64,000 nucleotides of DNA from Nitrospira sp. (GTDB taxonomy: Bacteria > Nitrospirota > Nitrospiria > Nitrospirales > Nitrospiraceae): NCBI GenBank assembly GCA_047150005.1, contig AP038806.1, forward strand, positions 3,648,001 through 3,712,000. Reading direction: 5' to 3'. The notes below the pieces were generated by a model. That model made no database searches. It was not told where the DNA came from and worked only from the letters and a program-made list of their open reading frames with translations. A program made the position numbers and the translations under genes. Shown piece after piece: positions 38,638 through 48,867 of this stretch; position 1 is the stretch's first letter, and each line of letters begins with the position of its first letter.

Positions 38638-38829
38638 ATGGTGACAAGTCGGCATTTGGTCAACATTCAGGAGGCGAGCCAATACATCGGCCTCTCCGTT
38701 CATACGGTCTACACCATGGTCAGTCAGCGTCGGATCCCATTTGTGAAAATCGGCCGCCTGACCAAATTCGATATTCGATTGCTGGACGATTGGATCAAGA
38801 AGAATACCGTCATGCCCAAGGCATCTTGA
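38638..38829 (+). CDS. Excisionase-like HTH_17 protein
   Basis: LVNIQEASQYIGLSVHTVY..IPFVKIGRLTKF. Confidence 0.85.
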   Translation: MVTSRHLVNIQEASQYIGLSVHTVYTMVSQRRIPFVKIGRLTKFDIRLLDDWIKKNTVMPKAS

Positions 38830-38837
38830 TTCGTGTA

Positions 38838-38849
38838 CTCATATATGAG
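38838..38849. promoter_or_regulatory. Palindromic operator upstream of XRE gene
   Basis: Perfect palindrome CTCATATATGAG; TTGATT at 38826. Confidence 0.5.
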
Positions 38850-38861
38850 AACATCGCTCGC

Positions 38862-39080
38862 ATGACAAAGCTTCGAGCGATTCGCGAAAGAAAGGGGGTG
38901 ACTTTACGGATGCTGGCTAACATGTCGGGTGTTGCCTTGGCTACGTTAGTCAGGATTGAGGGCAGCGGTTACGATCCGCGTCTTAGCACTTTAAGAAAGC
39001 TTGCAAAGGCGCTTGAAGTATCCGTTGCCGAATTGATCGGGGAACAACTACTCAAGAAAGGAGGTAGACAGTGGGCCTGA
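38862..39080 (+). CDS. XRE-family HTH regulator
   Basis: LRAIRERKGVT..LA..SGV..TL.RIEG..DPRLSTLRKLAKAL. Confidence 0.88.
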   Translation: MTKLRAIRERKGVTLRMLANMSGVALATLVRIEGSGYDPRLSTLRKLAKALEVSVAELIGEQLLKKGGRQWA

Positions 39081-40281
39081 CCAAGAGACGAGACGGATAC
39101 TACGTGGAATTCTTCGTTGTAGATGCCGGGAAAGGCCTTTCTCTGGCTCCGCCCGGCACAGGAAAAATCAAACGCTGGAAGGTTGGCTCAAGCAATAAGG
39201 CCCATGCCAAAAATCAGGAGGCCATTATCAAGACCCGGCTTTTATCGGGGCAAGAGCCGAGTCCCAGCATGGCACGTGCACGTGCCATGACGTTTAGGCG
39301 ATGGGCTAAGATCTATCTTGATCTGGAAGAAGTACAGAAAATCGCAACATACGAGGACAGGAAGCTAAAGGTTCGGCATTTGGTAGACTTTTTTGGAGAC
39401 AAACCACTTGCTGAAATCACTCCCGAAGACGTGGCGATATACCGGGAGCAACGGAGGCAATATAAACGAATCCCATGTCCTTGCTGTACCAAAATGGTCA
39501 CGCGTGCCACGTGTGCAAAGTGTGGATGGGAACGGACCGATAAGCCAACACCTGTCTCACTGCAAACCATTAACCACGATCACACGGCACTGACCCACAT
39601 GCTGAACATTGCCAAGAGTCCGCGATTCAAATTTATTGTTGAGAATCCGGCTTCACATGTTCCGAAGCCTGACCCAAAGAACGAACGCGATCGGGTTGCT
39701 AGCGCGGATGAATGGCATCGGTGGAAGGCGGCCGCAGCACCACATATCCGGTGTTTCATGACCATTGCGTATTTTGTAGGCCCACGAAGAGGCGAGCTGT
39801 TGAAATTGGAATGGCCGGATGTGGATCTTCGACGGAAAGAATTTACCTTGCGCAAGACCAAGAATGGAGAGACCAGGGTGGTGCCTATGACTCCCGAGGT
39901 CTATGAGGTGTTTCGGGAGTTGTGGAAGGAACGCCGCCTAGACACCCCCGGAGTGTTCCTGTATAAAGGGAAACCGATGAAAAACATCCGAACGGCTTTT
40001 GCCGCGGCCTGTCGGAGGGCGGGAATCACGAACCTGCGGGTGCATGATTTTCGTCACACTGCGAGTACGAATCTCAGGCGAGCTGGTGTTGACACTATGA
40101 CAGCTATGAAGATTATCGGTCACAAGAGCGAACAGATGCATCGGCGGTATAATACCATCCACCCGGCGGACCTCCATGCAGCTGCTGCTAAGCTACACAA
40201 GTACTCCGCCGTTAACACCCTAATAACACTTGATGAAATAAGTCCAACAGGGCAGAGTGCAAGTGATTGTAATTCCAATGT

Positions 40282-40291
<10 letters not shown>
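39071..40291 (+). CDS. int: Tyrosine recombinase / integrase
   Basis: GPRRGEL, KTKNG, HDFRH, GHKS, RRY; stop codon inside attR. Confidence 0.95.
40212..40234 (+). repeat. Putative integrase arm-type sites (right end)
   Basis: TTAACACCCTAATAACACTTGAT; partner at 7989-8011. Confidence 0.7.
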
Positions 40292-40358
<67 letters not shown>

Positions 40359-40382
40359 TAATGTGCAAGTTTCAATAGACCG

Positions 40383-40497
40383 TCGAGAGATTTGAAGCGG
40401 CTGAGCGCCGACAGTCGAGAAGGAAAAGGTCGCTTGCAATTTGTGCGACCGTCAGCGAAGACGCCGGGCCGAAGGCCAAATCCTCTCGCCCCGACCA
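40383..40497. repeat. Small tRNA-linked element ending in a 21-bp copy of the tRNA 3' end
   Basis: CAAATCCTCTCGCCCCGACCA at 40477-40497 = 40338-40358; inverted partial copy GAGAGATTTGAA near 40385. Confidence 0.7.
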
Positions 40498-40722
40498 AAC
40501 CGCACTTCGTGTGAGCAGCAGACTCACCATCGCTTTATCGTACCTACCACCTGCGGATAAAAACCTTCGGTATTGTATTGCAGCCTGCTTGCTTGACCCG
40601 CTTCATGTCCCGATAACGGTTTGCGCAATGCCAAGCCTTCCGTTCCTTCCACGGTGATTGTTCCCCGCGTCATGTCCGATGTTGGGTGCCTAAGATTTGC
40701 GTCGCCGCGACGCTCGTCTGCG

Positions 40723-42012
40723 TCAGAGTTCCGACAAGGCGTCGGCATAGGTTGCGGCATGGGGCAAATGATAGGCGTCGAACGCGCTTCGCAGATCAAC
40801 CCCGCCTGTCGCGTCCGTGAACATGACGAACAGGTTGTTGCCGGTCCTCCGGTTTGTTGGAGTACAGCTCTCGAAGTTGTAGGAGCGTGCGGGATGATAG
40901 AGCCGCTCCCAAAATTGCGGGGTCAGGAGTCCTCGCTCGAACAGCGGCCAAAAATAGCAGTTGCCGATGTCATGACTTTCGCTGAGCTGATCGCATCCCT
41001 TGGTGTACTCGATGCCCCGAAGGCCTCTCGGACCGAATTGATCCAGCGGCAGGAAGCCGGAACTGTAGGCCAGCGCATCGGCCTGACCTTCGTTGAAACA
41101 GGAATAATCTCCGGCGAAGAATCCTGAGATTTCGTTAAAGAGTTGATGCGCGATCTCATGCGCGATGCGCGGAGTGACATTCTGAACAAGCCCTCCGAAC
41201 GCGTTGAAATATAGAGGATGGGCGTAGTTCGCCGTGATCACACCGTTGCCATAGCTGAAATTCCCTTCCCCCTGCTGCGAGGTGGCCAACTCGGTCGGCA
41301 TGACCAGCGCCGTGATCGGACCCGAGCTGACCCCTGTCAGCCTCCGTTCGGCGGATTGAATTGCAAGAGCGTTCGTAAAAATTTCCGTTCCCGCATTTCC
41401 CGCTTGGAACGAGGCCTGCCGATAAAACACGGTCCGCAAGCCGGTAGTGGGATCGGTCCGTTGGTCGGTCACGAAGTCCACAGGCGTGATGCCGCCCCAT
41501 ACGGGAGGCAGTTCGTACCAGGTCACCGTGACATCGGTCTCGGTGGACAACACGATGGAGGGTGCATAGGGCACGGTCACGAACGCGCTGGGGCCTTGGG
41601 GGTAAAGCGTGGCAAAGACATCCGCGAACCCGCTGATCAATTCTGGAGATGCCCCGAGGACGGGGAACGCAAGGCCGCTGATTCGGATGCCATCGACCGA
41701 CGGGATGATCGTCGTCGCTCGGCACGTTCCGCCGCAGGTGGAGAGGACGACCGGAGTTTGATTGCGACATCCCGCATCATCACAGTACGACAACCACGGG
41801 GGAAGCGGTGTTCGGGCCCCGGCCGGAGGAATGACCGGAGGCGTAGTCGGCGGGGTTGTCGGTGCGTTGGGGTTGGGGTTCCCCGGAGGCGGAACACCTG
41901 GCTGCGTCGGGGTCTGCGGCTCCACCACCGTAGTGGTTTGAGGTTGAGACTTGTCCCCCCCACTGGAGCAGGCAACCAAGAACAACGTGAAGAACAGAAC
42001 GAGCAGTGTCAT
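40723..42012 (-). CDS. Lipoprotein with Pro/Thr linker and HExxH metallopeptidase-like domain
   Basis: Lipobox LVAC; AHEIAH..FNEGQAD. Confidence 0.75.
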   Translation of the reverse strand: MTLLVLFFTLFLVACSSGGDKSQPQTTTVVEPQTPTQPGVPPPGNPNPNAPTTPPTTPPVIPPAGARTPLPPWLSYCDDAGCRNQTPVVLSTCGGTCRATTIIPSVDGIRISGLAFPVLGASPELISGFADVFATLYPQGPSAFVTVPYAPSIVLSTETDVTVTWYELPPVWGGITPVDFVTDQRTDPTTGLRTVFYRQASFQAGNAGTEIFTNALAIQSAERRLTGVSSGPITALVMPTELATSQQGEGNFSYGNGVITANYAHPLYFNAFGGLVQNVTPRIAHEIAHQLFNEISGFFAGDYSCFNEGQADALAYSSGFLPLDQFGPRGLRGIEYTKGCDQLSESHDIGNCYFWPLFERGLLTPQFWERLYHPARSYNFESCTPTNRRTGNNLFVMFTDATGGVDLRSAFDAYHLPHAATYADALSEL

Positions 42013-42362
42013 AACCCAAGACCAGAATACGCGGTTTGCCTAGATCGTCCTACCCACCCGAATGAGGGGTATTTGTTCGCGGATCAGAACTCACGATCGT
42101 GCACTACTTATGCGGCCGTTCCGGTGTAACACAATCTGACCCGGTCTTTCCACCTCGGACTCTTCAAACACGGAAGCCTCATTCAGCCTGATCAGGATTG
42201 GCATCATTCAAACCTGGCCTTACTGGATCATAAATGAGCGGTACCGTCGGCATGGGCGATCAAGTCCGGACTTGACGCAAGCCGTCCAAAGGTTCACAAC
42301 TACCCCTCACAACGCAGCCTGCAAACGGTACGCGCTCGGTCGATGAGCTGAAACAGAAGAAT

Positions 42363-42439
<77 letters not shown>

Positions 42440-42449
42440 AACAGAGCTC

Positions 42450-42690
42450 GCTCGTGCCGCCGGCTCACCAAGCGAAGCTTCTCTGCATCATTGCCGGCGG
42501 ATAAACACCTCCAGTAGTCCGAACTGTCGTTCTGCTCGTGCCGCGGGTTCTTCAGGCGAAGCCTCTCCCTTATTGGTTGCCCGCGGATAAGTACCTCACA
42601 TACTCTGTGATCTTTGATGGCTTCGTGTAAGCTGCGGCTTACCAGCCGTAGCCCCTCTTCATGACATTTCGCCGATGGGTAAACTCCTGT
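42450..42690. repeat. Two to three tandem structured ~85-bp repeats after tRNA-Arg
   Basis: Units start at 42450, 42534 and ~42620; shared GCTCGTGCCGC...GCGAAGC...GCGGATAA..ACCTC; third unit degenerate. Confidence 0.6.
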
Positions 42691-42757
42691 AGACATGGCG
42701 AACCGCCCTCTTCTATAGTTTCCTCCTCGTATTGAGCTTTCAGGGGCTTGAGACCTC

Positions 42758-45718
42758 ATGCGCAGGCTGTTCCGACCGATTCCTCTCGCGATTTCGGCAG
42801 TCGTCCTGCTCGTCGTCTACACACTGGCCGGGTTTTTCCTTCTTCCCTACATCATCAAGTCCCGAGTCCTTCCGGCCGTCGGCGAACAGATCGGCCGGCC
42901 GGTTCTGGTTGAAGACGTACAGATCAACCCATTCGCGCTGTCGATCACCGTGACCGGGTTCGAAATACGAGAGACCGACCAAACTGCGTTGCTCGGATTC
43001 GAACGGCTCTACGTCAATTTCGAGGTCTCTTCGCTGGTGCGACGGGCGTTTCGCTTCGATGAAATTACTCTCGCCATGCCCTTCGTATCGGTCCGCGTTC
43101 TTCCGACCGGCCAACTCAACCTTCTTGATCTGGCCAAGAGCTCGGGCGGTACGACCGCCTCTCCCGAACAGAGCGCCGACGCGCAACCTCAAGAGGACAA
43201 GAAGCCGCTTCCTCCTATCGAGATCGGACTCCTGCAAATCAGCAGCGGGATCGTCGAATTTCGCGACGAATCGAAACGAAAGCCCTTTGAAGTTTCGATC
43301 GTCCCGATCGAGATCCAGCTCCAAAATTTCACCACGCGCCGGGGCGGAGAGAGCACCTATGCCTTCAGCGCGGAAGTCCGCAAGGAGGAATTGCTCAACT
43401 GGGAAGGGTACGTGTCCCTTGATCCGATCGAATCGGAAGGAAAGTTCTCTCTGACGGGCGTGCGCGGACCGGTGCTCTGGCTCTACGTGAAGGACCGATT
43501 CAATTTCGATATCCCGGACGGCCTCTTGAACATCAGCGCGCGCTATCGCTTCGATACGACCGTAGAACCGTTCAATCTCACGTTGAACGACGGTGAGATC
43601 GGTCTGGCCAACCTCGCGCTTACCGAATCGGGCAAGGACGAGGCGGTGATTTCGATTCCCTCCTTTCTGGTCCATGGCATCAACGTGGACGTCGCTCGAC
43701 GGAACCTGGACATATCATCGGTCGAATCCAAAGACGCACAATTTAAGGGTTGGATGGAGAAGGACAAAACCGTGAACTTTCAGACGCTCTTTACGCCGAA
43801 GCCCTCGGAAGCTGCGGAAGAACCGCGGAAGCAAACCGTATCAACGGAAGCGTCTGCCGAGGCGACCGAGCAGCGACCATGGTTGATTGCACTGAAGGAG
43901 ATCGCCCTGAAGAACTACGGCCTGGATTTCGAGGACCGCAGCACGCCGACCCCGGCACACCATCGGATCGCGGCCATGAACACCACGGTGAAAGACCTCC
44001 ATGTACCGTTCAAAGAACCGCTGAATATAGATCTCGGATTCCAGCTCAACGATACCGGATCGGTGCACGCCAACGGGACCGTCGGACTCAAGCCATTCGA
44101 GGCCAGTATCGGCCTGCGTCTGTCCGCAATTCCTCTCAAGCCGCTGGAGCCGTACCTTGAAGGAGTCGCCCGCGTGGCGATTGATTCGGGGAATCTCGAC
44201 ATGAGCGGGGATCTTCACTTGGCCGTGGAACATCCGAACGCACCCATGCTGACGTACAACGGAAATTTTGGCATCCGGAATCTGGCGGTTAACGATCGCG
44301 ACGGCGTATCTTCTCTGGTTTCATGGAAGCAGCTGCAGCTGAAACAGCTGGCTCTCACGGTTGATCCCACCACGGTGACGATCGAAGAAGTGGGGCTGGA
44401 TCAACCGGCCGTTCATTTCAAGATACAACCGGACGGGCAGTCAAACCTTAGCAGCATCCGCCCACAAACCCAGACAGCGGAGCCGGCGCCCGAGCCGGCT
44501 TCTTCCGCGAAGAAAGGACCGCCCCCCGCTGTTTCCGTCAAGACGGTCAAGCTCCTGAGAGGATCGGCCACGTTCGTCGACGAATCGATCCGGCCGACCG
44601 TGCGGACCGGCATCCATGATCTGACCGGAACCATCAAAGGACTTTCCTCGAAACAATTGGCCAAAGCGGACGTCGAATTGACCGGCAGAATGGACAAGGT
44701 GGCGCCGTTGAAAATCTCCGGTGCCATCAATCCATTGACGGAGAATACGTTTACGGATCTACTGATCAAGTTTGAGAACGTCGACCTCACGACTGCCGCC
44801 CCGTACAGCGGGAAATACGCGGGCTATCCGATCAGCAAAGGCAAACTGTTCTTGGATCTGGCGTACAAGGTCTCCAAGAAGCAGCTGGAGGCGGAGAACA
44901 AGGTCGCGATCGACCAGCTCACATTCGGCGAGAAGACCGACAGCCCGGACGCCACTTCGCTTCCCGTTCCGCTTGCCGTGGCTCTGCTCAAGGATCGCAA
45001 CGGCCGCATCGACATCGATCTGCCTATCCGAGGTGACCTGAACGATCCCGACTTCAAGTATGGGAAGGTCGTCATTTCCACCTTGCTCAATCTCCTGACC
45101 AAGATGGCGGCGTCCCCATTCGCTCTCGTCGGCAAATTGATTCCGGGGGGCGGGAGCGGTGAGGATCTGCAGTACGTTGAATTCGCACCTGGATCGGCGA
45201 TCGCCTCGGACGAAGATATGAAAAAGGTCGATGCCCTGGTCAAAGCGCTGGCCGAGAGACCGGGATTACGGCTGGAGATCACCGGCACCGCCGATCCGGT
45301 TCGCGATCGGCAGGCTCTCGGATTCAAGAAGCTCTCCGCGGAACTGCTGGCCAAATGGACCCGCGAGCGCGGCAAGTCGGCGGCCGGTGAATCGCTGCCG
45401 GCCGACGACGAACAGCGGCTGCTCAAGGAACTCTATGAACAGCGCCGTGCTTCCGCCGGAGCGGCCGAGCCTGCGCGGACCACGGCTGCTCCCCCCAGTC
45501 CGCCGACCGTAGAGGAGATGAGGCGAGGCCTGGCGGCAGCCATGCCCTTCGAGGAAGAGGACCTACGGGCGCTGGCTCACCAACGGGCGGAGGAGATCCG
45601 AAACCAGCTGACCGGAGAGGGAAAGTTGGAGGGGGAGCGAGTCTATCTAGTGAACGAGGATATCTCAGCCTCCGAACATGAACGCATTCGCAGCAAACTC
45701 GGTATCACGGCTTCGTGA
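42758..45718 (+). CDS. DUF748-domain (AsmA-like) envelope protein
   Basis: N-terminal TM, INPFALSITV, PYSGKYAGY, LKDRNGRIDIDLPIRGDLNDPDF. Confidence 0.85.
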   Translation: MRRLFRPIPLAISAVVLLVVYTLAGFFLLPYIIKSRVLPAVGEQIGRPVLVEDVQINPFALSITVTGFEIRETDQTALLGFERLYVNFEVSSLVRRAFRFDEITLAMPFVSVRVLPTGQLNLLDLAKSSGGTTASPEQSADAQPQEDKKPLPPIEIGLLQISSGIVEFRDESKRKPFEVSIVPIEIQLQNFTTRRGGESTYAFSAEVRKEELLNWEGYVSLDPIESEGKFSLTGVRGPVLWLYVKDRFNFDIPDGLLNISARYRFDTTVEPFNLTLNDGEIGLANLALTESGKDEAVISIPSFLVHGINVDVARRNLDISSVESKDAQFKGWMEKDKTVNFQTLFTPKPSEAAEEPRKQTVSTEASAEATEQRPWLIALKEIALKNYGLDFEDRSTPTPAHHRIAAMNTTVKDLHVPFKEPLNIDLGFQLNDTGSVHANGTVGLKPFEASIGLRLSAIPLKPLEPYLEGVARVAIDSGNLDMSGDLHLAVEHPNAPMLTYNGNFGIRNLAVNDRDGVSSLVSWKQLQLKQLALTVDPTTVTIEEVGLDQPAVHFKIQPDGQSNLSSIRPQTQTAEPAPEPASSAKKGPPPAVSVKTVKLLRGSATFVDESIRPTVRTGIHDLTGTIKGLSSKQLAKADVELTGRMDKVAPLKISGAINPLTENTFTDLLIKFENVDLTTAAPYSGKYAGYPISKGKLFLDLAYKVSKKQLEAENKVAIDQLTFGEKTDSPDATSLPVPLAVALLKDRNGRIDIDLPIRGDLNDPDFKYGKVVISTLLNLLTKMAASPFALVGKLIPGGGSGEDLQYVEFAPGSAIASDEDMKKVDALVKALAERPGLRLEITGTADPVRDRQALGFKKLSAELLAKWTRERGKSAAGESLPADDEQRLLKELYEQRRASAGAAEPARTTAAPPSPPTVEEMRRGLAAAMPFEEEDLRALAHQRAEEIRNQLTGEGKLEGERVYLVNEDISASEHERIRSKLGITAS

Positions 45719-45856
45719 CCGACACGGGAGGTCGCGACGTACCGAACGCCTCACGAGACTCTTGAACTGACCCGCTCCTCCACAGTATCGTAGAGAAACC
45801 CGCGTGATCGTCGCCAACCGGATCGATCATATTTATTAATATGGACGGAGGACGTT

Positions 45857-46492
45857 ATGGCTCTGCGACTAGGAGATGAAGCTCCAAACTTTACGGCAGA
45901 AACGACCGAGGGACCCATCAACTTTCATGAATGGCTCGGGAACGGGTGGGGCATTTTATTTTCTCACCCCAAGGACTACACGCCCGTCTGCACGACGGAA
46001 TTGGGCACCGTCGCGAAGATCACCCCGGAGTTCAAGAAGCGCGGCGTGAAGGTCATCGCGATCAGCGTCGACCCTCTGGATTCGCACAAGGGTTGGATCA
46101 ACGACATCAACGAAACGCAACACACGACGATGAATTATCCCATCATCGCCGACCCCGAGAAGAAGGTCTCCACGCTGTACGATATGATTCATCCCAACGC
46201 GATCGACAACATGACGGTCCGCTCCGTCTTTATCATCGGTCCGGACAAAAAGATCAAGCTGACCTTGACCTATCCGGCCTCATGTGGTCGGAATTTCGAT
46301 GAATTGCTCCGCGTCGTCGATTCACTTCAGTTGACGTCGAAGTATAAGGTCGCGACCCCCGCGAACTGGAAGGACGGGGAGGACTGCATTATCACGCCTG
46401 CGGTCAACAACGACGAGGCCAAGACCTTGTTCCCGAAGGGCTTCAAGACCATCAAGCCCTACCTTCGCTACACGCCCCAGCCGAACAAGTAA
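45857..46492 (+). CDS. 1-Cys peroxiredoxin (Prx6)
   Basis: FSHPKDYTPVCTTE, GRNFDE. Confidence 0.95.
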   Translation: MALRLGDEAPNFTAETTEGPINFHEWLGNGWGILFSHPKDYTPVCTTELGTVAKITPEFKKRGVKVIAISVDPLDSHKGWINDINETQHTTMNYPIIADPEKKVSTLYDMIHPNAIDNMTVRSVFIIGPDKKIKLTLTYPASCGRNFDELLRVVDSLQLTSKYKVATPANWKDGEDCIITPAVNNDEAKTLFPKGFKTIKPYLRYTPQPNK

Positions 46493-46507
46493 TCACGGCC
46501 TGCTACT

Positions 46508-46540
46508 CGGAGGGGCGGCATTCAGATGCCGTCCCCTCCG
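46508..46540. terminator. Hairpin between convergent genes
   Basis: CGGAGGGGCGGCAT-TCAG-ATGCCGTCCCCTCCG. Confidence 0.7.
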
Positions 46541-46541
46541 G

Positions 46542-48743
46542 TCACACCAACAGTAAGCCGGCCTTGCGGATCGTGTCCCACGACGCACTCGAGAGGAACG
46601 ATTCGCCCCGCTTCCCGCCTCCGGGAAAACTTCCGATGGCGTCCCGGAGGAGCGGATAGGTCTGCACCAAGCCCTTGCGCCTCTTTGGCGCGGCAAGTGC
46701 GATCAGGTTCTCGATCCACCGTGCCTCCGCCGCGGAAAGGTCCAACGGTTCCTCCGTGCTGCTCGGCCAGCGCAGGGTTCTCGTTTTGCCGACGGTATGT
46801 CCCGACGGCATTCCGCCCAACCACACGAGACGGCGCTCGATGGTGATGTCATCGGGATTCGGTTCGCGCCGGACCAATCGGCGCGCCCAGGTGGAGGGTA
46901 CGGCCGGACTCGGCATGTTCCGGTCGAACCAGTTGCGCACATCCATACGCAGCCCGCGCCCTTCAAGAAAATTGAGCATCGACCGCCGCAAGCCTTCCCG
47001 TACCCAGTCGGGCATCGCACCGGTCGGATTCGTCGGATCCGTATGGATCAGATCGTTGTCGGCAAAACCCTGAAACCGCGGACCCAGAATGCGAATGCCG
47101 TGGGATTCGGGATCAAGACCAATGGGACTGTGTGCCGTCGCCGTAAAGCGATGCCAGAAGGCCGATTGCATCAGACCGGCCGCAAACAACTGGCGCACAC
47201 GCTCGAGCGCATCGACCGTTTCCTGCAGCGTCTCGGACGGAAACCCGTACATGAGGTAGCCATGGACCAGAATGCCGGCCTGGTTGAAGGCGGAACACAC
47301 GAGCGCGGTCTGGTCGACGGTGATGCCTTTCTTCATTTGTTCCAGCAGGCGATCCGACGCTGCCTCAAGTCCCGCGGTCACCGCGATGCAGCCGGAAGCC
47401 GCCAAGAGACGACAGAGGTCTGGGGAAAACGCCGCTTCGAATCGAATATTGCCCCACCAGCGGATCGTCAGGCGTCGTTCGAGCAAGGCCAAGGCCAGTG
47501 ATTTCAATCCAGCCGGCGGAGCGGCCTCGTCGACAAAATGAAACGTGTTGCGGCCGGTCTCGGCCATCAGACGTGTGATCCGTTTGATCATACGTTCAGT
47601 CGGCGTGGCTTCATAGCGGCCGATGTAATCCAATCCGACGTCGCAAAAGGTACATTGCTTCCAGTAGCACCCGTGCGCAACCGTGAGTTTGTTCCAGTGT
47701 CCTTCGCTCCACAATCGATGCATCGGATTGGTGCTGTCGAGAATGCTCACATACCGATCGAGCGCCAGACCATCGTAGGTGGGGCAACCCACCTCGTTCA
47801 TGGAAAAATCGACCGCCATGCTCTCGGAACTGTAACGGACACGACCTTTGTCACGATGAAAGGTCCGGCACAGCGCGCTCCGCGATCGCCGCCCGGCGAG
47901 ATGCTCGACGAGCGAAAGGAGGGGACGTTCTCCGTCGTCCAATGTGACGAAGTCGACGTAATCGAAGATGCGGGGATCGCTGATCCGCCGCAACTCCGTG
48001 TTCACGTAGCCTCCGCCCAGCGCGATGACGGTCTCGGGGCACTGTCGTCGCACGGCCTGGGCAATTCGAAAGGCGCCGTAGACGTTGCCGGGAAAGGGTA
48101 CGGACAGTCCGACAAGACCGGGCTGGATCCGATCGAGATGCGCCGAGAGCGCGTCCAACATGAATCGATCGGTCAAGCTCGGCGCCTCCGCCAAGCCGGC
48201 CGCCAACGCCTCGAACGACGAGGCGGATCGCGCCAGGTGCTCGGCATACCGATTCAACGCAAAATGAGGAGAAACCACCGCCTGCACGAGGTCGGCCAAG
48301 TCCTCCAAAAACCATGTGGCCCGCAGCTTGGCCCGGTCCTGCACGGACATCGATCGCGGCCATCTCGCTCGTCCGGCAGATCGCGGGCCGCGCGGCAAGA
48401 CGCCCTGGCTGGCCAACTCGGCGGCCAACGCGGGGGTACGGCCTTGGAGGAATCCGATCACCGGATCGATCCACTTCGTGTAGGCCCGCGCCGCTTCGAG
48501 CATGGCGCAAGCCTCGTCCGGCAACGGGCCCTTGTAGTTGCGCACTGCGTCAAAGATCGCGCGGACCCCGTCACGACTGAACAATCGCAGCACCATCTCG
48601 ATGCCGAGGTCCGCCTGATGGCAGGGAACACCACGCGATCGGAGAAAACCGGTCAGATAGGCGGTCGACGGGTAGGGGGTGTTCAGCTGAGTCAGCGGAG
48701 GGATGACCAAGAAGACGGCAATCGGCGCCATGAAGCCCGACAT
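46542..48743 (-). CDS. B12-binding radical SAM protein
   Basis: PPLTQLNTPYP, CYWKQCTFC, FVDEA. Confidence 0.9.
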   Translation of the reverse strand: MSGFMAPIAVFLVIPPLTQLNTPYPSTAYLTGFLRSRGVPCHQADLGIEMVLRLFSRDGVRAIFDAVRNYKGPLPDEACAMLEAARAYTKWIDPVIGFLQGRTPALAAELASQGVLPRGPRSAGRARWPRSMSVQDRAKLRATWFLEDLADLVQAVVSPHFALNRYAEHLARSASSFEALAAGLAEAPSLTDRFMLDALSAHLDRIQPGLVGLSVPFPGNVYGAFRIAQAVRRQCPETVIALGGGYVNTELRRISDPRIFDYVDFVTLDDGERPLLSLVEHLAGRRSRSALCRTFHRDKGRVRYSSESMAVDFSMNEVGCPTYDGLALDRYVSILDSTNPMHRLWSEGHWNKLTVAHGCYWKQCTFCDVGLDYIGRYEATPTERMIKRITRLMAETGRNTFHFVDEAAPPAGLKSLALALLERRLTIRWWGNIRFEAAFSPDLCRLLAASGCIAVTAGLEAASDRLLEQMKKGITVDQTALVCSAFNQAGILVHGYLMYGFPSETLQETVDALERVRQLFAAGLMQSAFWHRFTATAHSPIGLDPESHGIRILGPRFQGFADNDLIHTDPTNPTGAMPDWVREGLRRSMLNFLEGRGLRMDVRNWFDRNMPSPAVPSTWARRLVRREPNPDDITIERRLVWLGGMPSGHTVGKTRTLRWPSSTEEPLDLSAAEARWIENLIALAAPKRRKGLVQTYPLLRDAIGSFPGGGKRGESFLSSASWDTIRKAGLLLV

Positions 48744-48867
48744 AACACAGTTTCGATCATCATTGCCATTCGATGGTGCACGACAGCATCCGATCGTCTC
48801 CGCTTATCGGACTCATAGTCGATTGTCAGTGGACAGCATCGTGGAGCGTCGGCTAGGGTGCCTCCCC

